Part shown: positions 27,049 through 39,189 of the stretch, one piece after another
Numbering within the stretch: the stretch's first letter is position 1
How the letters are laid out: each line of letters begins with the position of its first letter
The notes under the pieces: generated by a model
The model's input: the letters and a program-made list of their open reading frames with translations, nothing else
The model's database searches: none
Told to the model about the DNA's origin: nothing
Source of the DNA: Octopus sinensis
Taxonomy: Eukaryota
DNA length: 64,000 bases
Direction: 5' to 3'
Assembly (NCBI RefSeq): GCF_006345805.1
Contig: NC_042997.1
Location: 111,786,001-111,850,000 of the forward strand
Program-made: the position numbers and the translations under genes

Positions 27049-27350
27049 TTTCGTTTTTGGATTTGGTTTGCAAGATTCTATATATGAGTTCGTGTGTTGA
27101 AGCATATTCTGTTGTGTCTGGGGAAAGTCATTTTCTTTTTGTGCCTTATTATGTAACACACTCACCGGTAAAATTTCCACTTTTTTCTTATTTTTATTGT
27201 CCTAAAATTTTCGTTGCGTCTAGCAACCTTTTCAATAGTTTTGACTCTATTTTAGGACAATAAAAATAAGAGAAAAGTGGAAATTTTACCGGTGAGTGTG
27301 TTACATAATAAGGCACAAAAGGAAAATGACTCTCCCCAAACACAACAGAA
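27049..27350. repeat. Repeat family copy with terminal fold-back (102-bp arms, 40-bp spacer)
   Basis: Arms 27107-27208 and 27249-27350; same family at 61540-61802. Confidence 0.85.
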
Positions 27351-27911
27351 ACAGCAATAACTGTATACATGGAAAGAGATATAGTGATTGGAGTTTACAA
27401 CAAGTTACTGATGCAAAAATCTGTGGCTAGCTTATCATAACTGGAAACAAGTGTGCTACATTCCAGGCGACGGAGATCCCTACCATCTCTCTTAATCACC
27501 TGGCCGTGACGAATGTGTATACAATGCGCCGCTGCCTCAACATACTGCAATTACTGTCAAAAGCGGCTTTTTTTTATATATAGGGCACAAGGAGAAGATT
27601 CTAGAAGATTGAATCACGCGATAACTTCATACTGATTGGTTGCTTAGTGAACCGGTCACGTGAAAGTACTGTGGTTTGATCGTGATGTATCACCGGTTAC
27701 CAAGCGGATTGGTTTCGAATCACTGCTACAGAACTTTAATAGCGAAGTCGATAAAGTAACCGCAAAAAGCGTACACATGAAATAATAAAGATACGGATAC
27801 ACTTCTATGAACGTGTCGTAAATTTATCATGTTGTAAACAATCTTAATAGGAAGGATTTCTCGAAAAATAAACCGACTCTCATACAATAAATAATAAAGG
27901 AAAACGAAAGT

Positions 27912-27942
<31 letters not shown>

Positions 27943-28299
27943 AGAGAAAGAGAATGTTGGTTTCAAATTTCGGCACAAGGCCAGCAATTATGAGATAGGG
28001 GTTAAGTCGATTACATCGAACCCCATTGCTCAGCTGGTATTTATTTCGTCGATGCCGAAAGGATGGAAACCAAAGTCGACCACAGCGGAATTAGAACACA
28101 GAACGTGAAAACGGACGAAATACCACTAAGCATTTTCTCCGGATTGCTAATAGAGACAATATACATTATTTACATTGATTTCAAATATTTCCGTTCCGAA
28201 CAGAACATTAAGGGTGGGTGAGAACGTTAAGGGTGGGTGTGAACATTAAGGATGGGTGTGAATGGGTGAAGCGAAAGTCTGAAGGGTACTTTCAACTTT

Positions 28300-28477
28300 T
28301 TACTTTTAACTTGCTTCAGTCATTAGACTGTGGCCATGCTGGGGCACCGCCTTCAACAATTCTAGTCGAACGAATCGACCCCAGTACTTATTTTTTTAAA
28401 GCCTGGTACTTATTCTATCGGTTTCGTTTACCGAACCGCTAAGTTACGCTGACGTAAACACACCAACACCAATTGAC

Positions 28478-28480
<3 letters not shown>
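28300..28480 (+). mobile_element. SINE (gtcattagactgtggccatgctggggcaccgcc family)
   Basis: Recurs at ~32860-33030, 34560-34760, 47280-47490, 57340-57520 and 58700-58870. Confidence 0.75.
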
Positions 28481-28533
<53 letters not shown>

Positions 28534-29409
28534 ACACGTCATAGCTTTCAGTCTCTGTTACCACTCACAAGGCGAGAAAAGAAGACACTTGCCCAAGGTG
28601 CCATACAGTGGAACTAAACCCTGAACCATGTGGTTTGGAAGCAATCTTGTTACCACGGAAGCAATCTTTTTACCACGGCCACGCTGTCGATCGTGTGTGA
28701 AATAATATAATGAATCTTAAGGAATTTCCATATTTAGTTTGTATTTCGTTTTCTTTCTTTCTTTTTTTTCACATTCCCTTCGTTATATTTCGAACATCTC
28801 AAACACATAACGTGGCGCCCCCTAGTAAGGAACACTAGCGGGCGACCACTTCGATGGCAGCTTTAGCCGTCCTTGAAAATATGGCATCTGTCTCATAGGT
28901 TTACATATACACTGTTGCTATAACGACAAGCTTTGTACGCAGAAACAAACTACTCCCTCAAGCCACAGAGCATAAATTAAGGTCCATTACCAGCCAGAAA
29001 GCAGCAATTAACTCGACTGTTAGGAAATAATATTAATGACTAAAGCTAGAGAAGACTTTTTATTGATCAAATATGATCAAAGATTTACGATGGTCGGATT
29101 TTGATGTTACAGCTAAAGTTAACCCTTATCGAGCAGAAATATAATTAAAAACATTACAGCCATGACCATTCCGTTTTATTCCGACCACGTTAATCAACGT
29201 GTCTCTCTATCTGGGCCACGTTAATCAACGAGTCTCTCTATCTGGTACTTGAAGGAAGTTTAGCTGCTATTTCTAACAGGTATAATGACTAGGTAGAGGC
29301 TCCCTAATTGTTTAATTGTAGCGCAATAGGCAGGAGATCATTGTGAAGATAAAGTCTGTCACGGTGGTTCTGAATTGTCGAGATATTTTCTCTGTGGTGG
29401 CCACATTTT

Positions 29410-30566
29410 AAAAATAAATCCACAATTCTGAAAATGAAAACTGAAGCCTTTTGTAAATGGTTCCGACCCAGTGGCAGCAATGATGCAGATTCTGGAACTG
29501 AAAATGACTCTTCTTGTAAGAGATTCGATCAGTATGAGTTGAAAGATTTGGTATGAGATTCGGGATAATAATTTTTAAAAAGGCTTCAGAATTCTTAACA
29601 TCAAAATTGAATGAGAAAAACTTGCTACGAAAAGGGGAAAGTGCACTTCTCCAATACTTACGAAGTGACAGTAGGTTTGTGTATTGCCATAGCATGCAGG
29701 TTTTACTGGAAGAATTAAGAATTTCGATCTACAACTCAACTGGATGGCGACTGTTTCTTGATAGCTCAAAATGGAGCTTAAAGCGTGTCCTTCATCTCAA
29801 TCGCAATTTATATGGTGCAGTCCCAATTGGACATGCAGTTTGTCTTCGTGAAGAATTTGGAGGCATAAAAAGAGTCATTAAGTTGTTGCAATATCACAAG
29901 CACAAGTCGATCGTCTATTTTGTCCTTAAAATGGTACACTTCCTTCTGGGTCAAAAACGCATATACACCAAGTGTCCTTGCTTTCAGTGCAAGTGGGACA
30001 ACCAAAGCTCGAGAGGAGGATTGGGTAAAACGAAATTGGCCGCCAATATCTCATCTCAAATCTAGTGATTCCAACATTCTCCGTGAGCCACTTGTTGACA
30101 TAAAGCAAATTATATTTCCATCTCTGCACATGAAGGCCATGAAAGAGCGGTATCAGGGTAGCAAAGATGTTTATTTGACGGCTGACTATTGCTGGAGCAT
30201 AAAATGGAATTGTCCACAAACTGAACACTCCAGAAAAAGCTATAAGCGTAAATTTTTTTATCTTAACTGCTTGAACACAATTTGACTCACAGTAACAATA
30301 TCCTTTGTATGAACAAAAAAAAAATTTGCATAAACATTACAGTCAAACAATATTTTATTATTTTCCATTGTATGTAAATTTTTAAAGCATTCTATAAATA
30401 GACACGATTTTATTAGGTGCGGTATTTTTATGGTTTTTAGGACAACGCTTGTATTTCAAAAAGTTGAGGTGATACAGAAAAGCTGGGGCCATTTTAGATT
30501 CAGAGGCTAAAAATTAGTCAAAAGTAAGTGTTAGATGTAACTCAACTAAAATTGTGTTCCCCAGTG
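29410..30566 (+). mobile_element. Chapaev3-like (CMC) DNA transposon, internally deleted 3' remnant
   Basis: FDQYELKDLV..LTSKLNEKNLL, WRLFLDSSKWSLKRVL, GAVPIGH, YTKCPCFQCKWD, PSLH, MKERYQG, ADYCW. The right end reads CACTGGGGAACAC on the minus strand. The transposase call is strong; the superfamily name is from recall. Confidence 0.7.
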
Positions 30567-31206
30567 TATTTGTTTTGCTTATACGCCAAATTTGCTGCGG
30601 GAAGGCATCCAGGGAAAACTCCCTACTCGACGCTGTGGGTTAAAGAACATTTGAATGTCACAGGTCAGGCGAGATAAATCGCCTCGGAATCACCGAGAAT
30701 GTTAGATATAGATATTTCGCCATTATTGTGGCTTATCAATAACATGCGGATTAACGTTATTCCATAGGATGGGTACCCCAGAAGGCAGGGAATCACTCCA
30801 ATTCGAGCCTCTATTTCTTCCGCGTTGTGAGATCACAGCTCCGGCACTACGTGAGTAGAATGTGAGTAGAATGCAGCAGGAAAGAATCGCAAAACGGATT
30901 CTTCAAAGCCAAGCCAACCAGCAGCAAACCCAGGGCTAAAGCAACTACGAGAAGCTTGGTGCTGAGATATATATATAATCTCAACTATCTTTTCATTATT
31001 TTTACTTGTTTCAATCATTAGACTGCGACCATGCTGGGACACCTTTCTCTATGTGATCGACTTGAAAAATTGTAAAGACACTTGGATATTTTCCTACTTT
31101 TCTTAACATGAAATCAATGGTAGCCTTAAATCACAAATAAAAAAATTATATCCACCAAAGCGGTGTTGAGCACTCATTTTCATCGTCCGACATTTACGTA
31201 TATATA

Positions 31207-31253
<47 letters not shown>

Positions 31254-31321
31254 CTGTATGTAATGTATGTATGTATATGTATATATGTTTGTATGTATAT
31301 ATATATGTATGTATGTATGCA

Positions 31322-31408
<87 letters not shown>

Positions 31409-31744
31409 GTATATATGTATGCACGTATATGTATGTACGTATATGTATATATATATATGTATGTATGTATGCATGTATGTATATATGACTTTGTTAGGGC
31501 ATCCTTCAAGGAGAAGGTAACTCCGGTAACTGGGATAACTCCGACATAAAACCTGTGGCTCAGTTGTTGACTTGTTCTTCTTTTCGGATTATGGCTGATG
31601 TTGCTTAGTGAGTGGGATTGACTCAGTGCACAGCCTTTTCTCACTTAAAAAAAAAATCTTCTTGCACAGGCTTTGCACAATAACAACATTGATTAAGCTT
31701 CGTGCAATGGCCATACTCGATAACGAGGGGGCAGCCACCATGTG

Positions 31745-31835
<91 letters not shown>

Positions 31836-33427
31836 ATATATGTGTGTGTGTGTGTGTAGGACGAGCAGTTGCCATGCTTTGGAATTCAACCGGAGAGTCT
31901 AATGTCGGTTAATGTTGATAAGACCCTATGGAGGAGGGGCCTGAGAAATGTACTCCCACAATTCTCCTATGAATGATGAGTGGGACAAAATGAATGGTTG
32001 AAAATTAGTCAGTATCTGGTAAAGGAACCTGGCCGAAATTCTATCAACTTTTTTGTAGTTTGCTGTGAAAAAAGCAAAATTAAAACGGCGAACTGGCAGA
32101 ATCGTTTGCATGCCGAGTGTAATTCTTGACAGTATTTCGTCTTAGCCTTTTATCCTTTTGGGGACGATAAATTAAGTACCAGTTGATCCCTGGAATCGAT
32201 GTACTCGACGATGTACCCACTCTCCCGAAATCTCTGAACTTCTTCCAAAATCTGAGATCCTTATTTACTTTGCAAAAGTCGGTGAGCTGGCAGAAACCTT
32301 AGCGCGTCACACAAAATGCTGAGCGGTATTTCTTCCAAGTCTTTACGTTTTAGGTTCGACTTTACCTTTCATCCTTTTAAGGTCGATAAAATAAAGTACC
32401 AGTCGAACACTGGTGGTCAATGTAAACGACATACGTCTTCCCCTCAAAATACCCGGCCTTGTACCAAAATTAGAAAGGCATATTTACCATGGAGGCTAGT
32501 GGGCTAGTAATTAGGGTGTTGGGCTCGCGATCAAAACAACCTAGGTTCAATTCCTGGGTCGAGAAGCACGTTGTGTCTTTGAGCATAGCGCTTCCCTTCA
32601 CTTAGCCCTTGTCAACTCAACTGAAAATAAGTTCCAGTTGTCACGTCCTCAATATTCTGCTGGGTCAAAAGATGCCTGGGCCAAGATTACATGAGAACTT
32701 AAAGCAATTAGCGAAAGCGTGGTAAATGTTACTGGATGGCACTCGGGTTGCGACTGATGGCTGAAGCTGTATTCTATTCACTGATACAGAGTTTACTGTT
32801 TATTAAGGGGAAGAGGAGCTGTGGCATTATTGCATTTCCCATTTACCTTTTACCTTTACTTGTTTCAGTCGTTTGACTGCGACCATACTGGAGCACCACA
32901 ATGGAGGGTTTAGTCGAATAAATCGCCCCCAGGACTTATATTTTTTACACCTGGTACCTACTGTATCGGTCACTTCTACCGAACCGTTAAGTTATGGGAA
33001 TGTAAACAAACTAACACCGGTCGTCAAGTGGTGGTGACAAACATACACATATAGATACACACACATATGTATACACGACGAGCTTCCTTCAGTTTCCATG
33101 TATCAAATATACTCACGGGGCTATAGTAGAAGACACTTTCCCAAGGTGCCACGTTGGACGTAAGGAGTAGCAGTGGTCGAAGTTGACTCATGTTGAACAA
33201 ACCGCAAGAACTGCAGTAGTTGGTAAGCAACACTTTAAGAGCTGCTGGATAGGTGGAGTCGAGGATGCTGAATACTTAAACGGCCGAAACATCTATGAAG
33301 GTCCGCTGTAATATCGACGACCCTTCGGTGGTGGCAGCGAGGGACTTTTATGTGTATGTGTGTGTATGTGTGTGCTTGTGTGTGTGTGTATACAGACACA
33401 CACATATATATTTGTGCATCAAGGCTA

Positions 33428-33563
33428 TCATTGGTTTCATGTAAAGGAATACCTCAACAATTATCAAGCTTATCACATGAAAACATCGGTGTTAGTCTCT
33501 ACCGATGTTTCCATGTGACAGGCTTGATAATTGTTGAGGTATTCTTAAGCATGAAACCAATGG
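33428..33563. repeat. TA-flanked hairpin/MITE (62-bp arms, 10-nt loop)
   Basis: Arms 33429-33490 and 33501-33562 match at 55/62 positions; TA on both flanks. Confidence 0.85.
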
Positions 33564-33641
33564 TAACTTTAATATACAAATAAAGAATCTTTGTCCACTA
33601 ATGCGGTGTGTCATTGTTCGATATTTACGTGTATATAAATG

Positions 33642-33743
<102 letters not shown>

Positions 33744-34097
33744 AAGAGAGAGGGTGCAGATAGATAGACAGACTGAGATTGGGATAATATTCGGAAGACA
33801 ACAAAACCGGCGATGTTCTACCTTAGTATAGATTAAACTATAAAAGTTTGTAGATAAAGGAAAAGGGATTTAATTTGCTGTAACGAATGGAAGTTCAACG
33901 TTTCGGATATTCCTCCTTCTTCGGACGAGAGGGGCCGATAGTGATAATGGGTCCTACGACCGAAATGAAGTATGCGAAAGCTAAGTGGTGGTCAGGAGGG
34001 AGGAAGATAGAAAGGAGAATGACAGTATGTGTGTATGTGTGTGTGCGTACGTACGTGCGTGCATTAGTGTGGTGTTATTAGAAAGACGTGGGAAGAA

Positions 34098-34144
<47 letters not shown>

Positions 34145-34258
34145 GGGGATGGTAAAAGTTAGTAACAATAGGAGGAAGTAAAATGAAAGCCAAGCGAATG
34201 AAATCGAGGAGTGGCAGGGAGAAGAGAAGGAGGGAAGGAAGAGAGATAAAGCGAGAGA

Positions 34259-34297
<39 letters not shown>

Positions 34298-34326
34298 TGA
34301 GAAGAAGGGAGATAACGAAAACAATG

Positions 34327-34370
<44 letters not shown>

Positions 34371-34778
34371 GGTGAAGGATGAAATAGTTTGACAAAAGCT
34401 CACACAAACACGATATGCAAAGACATGTGATGAGGTGCATAAAAAGCCTGACGCATACATCTACCTACACACACTCACATACACACATACTACCAGGCAT
34501 ATACATATATACACCACACACATATTATACATACGCTTGTACGGTATTATGTCTTTTTTACTCGTTTCAGTTATTTGACTACGGCCATGCTGGAGCATCG
34601 CCTTTCGTCGAACAAATTGACTCCAGGACTTATTCTTTGTAAGCCTAGTACTTATTCTATCGGTCTCTTTGCCGAACCGCTAACTTACGGGAACGTAAAC
34701 ACACCAACATCGGTTGTCAAGCGATTGTGGTGGTGGTGGTGGGGGAGGGCCAAACACAGACACACACTTACATATATG

Positions 34779-34821
<43 letters not shown>

Positions 34822-34851
34822 ATTAGGGCTTAGTAAAATAAATTACTTTGC

Positions 34852-34928
<77 letters not shown>

Positions 34929-35147
34929 GCACACACATATATATACACCTACACACACATATATACGACGGGCTTCTTTCAGTTTCCACCTACCAAATTT
35001 ACTCACGAGGCTTTGCTTGGCCCGAGGCTATAGTAGAAGACACTTGCTCAAGCTTCCACGTAGTGGGACTGAATCTAGACCCTTGCGGTTGGGAAGCAGA
35101 CTCCTTACCACACAGCCACGTCTGCACCAATTAAAAAACTTGCACTT

Positions 35148-35220
35148 GGGCTCGTCCGGGATTCGAACCCGCTCCCTCTCAAACCCAATGCGAGAATCAT
35201 ACTCCCTAGACCAACGAGCC
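35148..35220 (-). tRNA. tRNA-Pro(UGG)-like gene, non-canonical and probably a pseudogene
   Basis: ggctcgttggtctagggagtatgattctcgcattgggtttgagagggagcgggttcgaatcccggacgagccc closely follows eukaryotic tRNA-Pro, but has anticodon-stem and T-stem mismatches and an extra D-loop base. A T6 run lies about 10 nt downstream. Confidence 0.75.
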
Positions 35221-35841
35221 TATCCTCTCTCTTGCTACGTGACATTGTGGTCTAACAATGTCGATGGTAAATGTATTAACCACATTGAATCGAAAACTGG
35301 TTTTAGTTGCAACACCGATAACACAAGAAATAAAAGTAAATTCCACAAACAAATGACTTGAAAGAGAAAGAGAAAATAAGATTTCCTAAAAAAATAAAAG
35401 GTCAGCCGACAATCTGGAGAACAAACAAACCGGAAATAAAAGAGAACATAGAAGAAAATGGCGTCTGAATGAAATTGTAACGTAAGTACAGTTATATCAG
35501 GGAGATAGAGCTAATCGTTTCAATGCAGTATTGTTTAATAGATGCTTAATCAATTTAGATGAATCGATGATGTTGGAAATTCTCTTTTTGTTTTTCTATT
35601 GAAGAAAGTTATAAAACATATATTCTGAGTGTGTCACCAGAGGTTAATTAACACAAAATACCAGATTATATTATATAATGTAATACATTATAACGTTATA
35701 GATCTTAAGAGCGAGAGGTAGATAGAAATGGAGGGTAAGACAAATAGATATATAGATACTAAGAGAAAGGGATAGCTATATGTATAGAGAGAGGAGAGGA
35801 GAGAGAGTTAAATAGATAGATTGACAGAGGTAAAGGCAAGC

Positions 35842-35880
<39 letters not shown>

Positions 35881-36342
35881 TAGATAGACAAATACACTGC
35901 GTTTCAAATTATTAACGACGTAACATTTAAAAAATTTTATTTAAAAATTATTCGTTGGAATTCAACGAAATTTCTATAGAACGATGGCAACAGTTATATG
36001 CACATGGTGTGCAAAAAAAAAACCTGAGGTTTTGTGCAAGTGTCAACAAAACGCAGCCATTTGCATGATTTTCTCGAACTTTCACTGTTCCAAATTATTA
36101 GCGAGTGGTCTGATAATCATGTAATTATGGGTCATAGATGTGATTTTACTGCTTCGGAGAAATCTATTATTACTTCTGAACTTACCAAAGGTAAATCAAC
36201 ATTAGAAATATCTAAAATAATTGGAAGATGTCACCAAACTTTCAAAAAACATTGTTACTGCTCCTACGCAGATATGTAACAGAGCAGACAAGGGTCAGTT
36301 GAGGGCTGTTTCTCAACATTCTCTGTCACGAAATACGCGTGA

Positions 36343-36699
36343 TTTTTTAAAATTTCCTACAAGGGGACAACATAGATAAGAGACAATACAATTTGATTGG
36401 GGTCAGATGGACGGATGGATATAACATAAAGATGACATTAAAAATTCACAAAAATATAAAAAATAATTAAAAAAATAATCGAATGATAGGACAGACCGGA
36501 AGACATTACAGATGGAGTGGGAAGGTGGGTTCAATTCGGACCCCACGAGCCTCGCCTCGCCACTGATACCTGAGATACGTCCTGCGTCGCATTCATGAGG
36601 TTACATTCACTCGCAACATCCGTGCTACATTCTTCCATCGATTTTCAAACATTTTCACAGTCAGGCATTTTCTTTCCAGCCCTATCTTCTTTTTGAGGT
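36343..36699 (-). mobile_element. 5'-truncated L1/Tx1-like LINE 3' end inserted in the Tc1
   Basis: Perfect 13-bp TSD GAAATACGCGTGA (36330-36342, 36700-36712); T-run at the left end; similar to the reverse complement of 37504-37909. Confidence 0.8.
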
Positions 36700-36774
36700 G
36701 AAATACGCGTGAAGCTGTAAAGAACCCAGGTCTTACTTGTGGAGAAATTTTCAAGCACACTGGCAAAACAACTG

Positions 36775-37218
36775 GGATCTTTTCGGTTTGAACGGCAGTT
36801 TTTTAAAATAATTTCCACGTAACTAAACACTTTTAAACTTCGTATACTGGTAGAATGTGTTTATAAAACATCTTTTTCTCTTGGCTTTATTGAGAAAATT
36901 CTATAGTTTGTAAGATATTTGTTGTTTTTCTTCTTCAATTTCTGCAATTTCAACCAATCAATGACATCTATTGAGGTGAAAACATTCTGTGCCGTATGAA
37001 AATGTCCCTCGTTTAAGAAACAGATTGGGTTTATTTACATTTCTGAAGAAAAAAAGGTACCTTTCCCCCACCCCTAACCCTAACTCTAACTAATCCTAAC
37101 TGTAACCCTAACCCTAAAATAGATTGAAATGCAATAGATCGATACTAGAGTCATAATTATGGGTGACAATTTCATATGACACCGCTAGAAAAAACCGCCG
37201 TTCAAACCGAAAAGATCC
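36775..37218. mobile_element. MITE with GG-starting TIRs and 8-bp TSD (Merlin-like?) containing telomere-like repeats
   Basis: TIR GGATCTTTTCGGTTTGAACGGC; TSD AACAACTG; ccctaaccctaa-type repeats at ~37068-37118. Confidence 0.8.
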
Positions 37219-37503
37219 AACAACTGTCGAGAACTACTCGATGTTGTCTTTTGAAAAAAGCCTGTAAACCAGTGAGATCGGTTAAAAGGTCTCCTTTAAA
37301 CAAAATACACGTACAAAATCGTCTGAAATGGGCAGAAGATAACATGAAGATCGACTGTTCAAAAGTTTTGTTTACGGAAGAAACTCATGCTACCCTTGAT
37401 GGATTTGATGGTAGGGACATGGGATAGGTTGTAAAAGGATGAGATTGTCATCAACGCTTGAGACGCCAGCAAGGAGGAGGACGCATCAGGATTTGGGCAG
37501 GTA

Positions 37504-37909
37504 AACTTTTAATTTGCAACCTCGTCTCCGGTCTCGGGTTGGTGAGATTTTTTATCTTCCACCTTAAAAGGAAGGTGATGCTGGAGAGAAGATGCCTGTC
37601 AAAGAAAATGTTCAAAGAAAGATGGTTGCATGTTGCGAGGGTGCTGGGAATGAAAGATTCCTCATGAACATGTCATAAGTCTGCATACAAAGGTTCCAAG
37701 TAGGCGGATGGGGCTCGTGGGGTCGGAGCGTAACCCATCTCTCTGCTTCATTTCATGCTTGTATTTTGTCCTTGTTGTATCTCATTCGATTTCATTCGAT
37801 TTCATTATATTTGTAAAATTTTAAAAGTCATGTAATCATTGTGTGTCTGACCCTGATCAGGCTGTATTGTCCCCCTCTATGTTTGGGCTCTTGTAGCTAA
37901 TAAAGAAAC
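37504..37909 (+). mobile_element. 5'-truncated L1/Tx1-like LINE 3' end inserted in the Tc1
   Basis: 26-bp duplicated target (37478-37503 vs 37910-37935, 3 mismatches); ORF tail LKRKVMLERRCLSKKMFKERWLHVAR; ends aataaagaaac. Confidence 0.7.
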
Positions 37910-38791
37910 AGGATGCTTCATGATTTGGGCAGGTATTATTGGAGGTATTATGGTTGGTTCTTGGAAAATGCCTGATGGCGTTAAAATGACTGCGGATGCT
38001 TATATAACCATTCTGAGGGAACACATTGAACCTTGGTTAAAAAAGCAAAGGATCACCAAGAGAATCATGATATTCATGCAAGATAATGCAACCTCGCACT
38101 AATCGAAGAAAACTACAGAGTATCTGCAACTATTAGGCTTCTGTGGACTCGGAAGATGAAGTGGCCTGCCATTTCCCCCAACTTAAACCCCATAAGAAAC
38201 TTGTGGTGTATTCTAAGCGACGAGTTTACGAGAATGGAAGCCAATTAAGGTGCAATGATGAACTGTGGCAGGGAATAGTGATTATATCTCATGGTATAGC
38301 ATCAGAGGAGATCCAGAATCTAGCATGTTCCATGAACCAGCGTCTTTTCCAACTTTTTTCAAACAAAGGCTCATATATCCCTTACTGACCAGCTAACCTT
38401 TCATTTTTGGACGCTGTTTATTTCTATTTCTTTCATGTTTATGACTATGTGTTTCGTTTCTGTATGTACATCAAACAATTAAATTGGTATTTGTTTGTTT
38501 ACATGAGTTTTAATTACACTTTGCTAATAATTTGAAACAGTGAAAGTTTACGTAAATTTGGTGAATAGCCTTCGTCTCTGTGTTGTTATACGCAACCGTA
38601 CGTTTTTGCACACCACGCTCATATAGCTGTTGCCATCATTCTATGAAAATTTCGTTGAATCTCAACGAATAGCTTTTAAATAATTTTTTTTAAATACTAC
38701 GTCGTTAATAATTTGAAACGCAGTGTAGACAGAGAGATAGACAGACAGTCATACAAACATACATACAGATAGACAGATAGAAAGATAGATG

Positions 38792-38823
<32 letters not shown>

Positions 38824-38835
38824 TTGACTGAGAGG

Positions 38836-38888
<53 letters not shown>

Positions 38889-39032
38889 TTACATAGATAG
38901 ATACAGAAAGACAGATTGAGAGATAGATAAGGATAGGTTATAGAGATATATTGGTAGATAGTTAGAAAAAGATATAGATAGATAGATAGATAGATAGGGA
39001 GAGAGAGGTAGGGGAAGAGAGAGGGAGAGAAA

Positions 39033-39150
39033 GAGGTCAATTTGACACTGATATAATACTTAACCGTAAATCCAGTCCTAACCCTAACCTTAAGGTTAGG
39101 GTTAGGACTGGATTTACGGTTAGGTATTATATTAGTGTTACATTGACCTC
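39033..39150. repeat. 118-bp spacer-less palindrome with TTAGGG-type repeats
   Basis: Centre TT|AA at 39091/39092; 55/59 arm identity. Confidence 0.9.
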
Positions 39151-39189
39151 CCCACTCTCTCAGAGTTGATGTAATCGACTTAAACTATC

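Larger units (their letters stand above)
35895..38725 (+). mobile_element. Tc1-family DNA transposon, IR/DR type, full-length but disrupted
   Basis: TA TSDs; ~210-bp TIRs starting CACTGCGTTTCAAATTATT with an inner direct repeat. Transposase pieces: MGHRCDFTASEK (ATG 36127), KVLFTEETHATLDG, RRQQGGG, MIWAGI, IFMQDNA, WPAISP.LNPI. Confidence 0.93.

Noticed and set aside
26858-27073. 71-aa minus-strand ORF that looks protein-like
   Set aside because: Its start lies in a repeat, there is no good acceptor, and no family is recognisable.
31103-31902. Clusters of 60-190 aa ORFs rich in YI/HT/CV (also at 11.2, 21.1, 23.3, 34, 40.4, 55.9 and 56.6 kb)
   Set aside because: Translations of (TA)n, (CA)n and (GA)n microsatellites; not genes.
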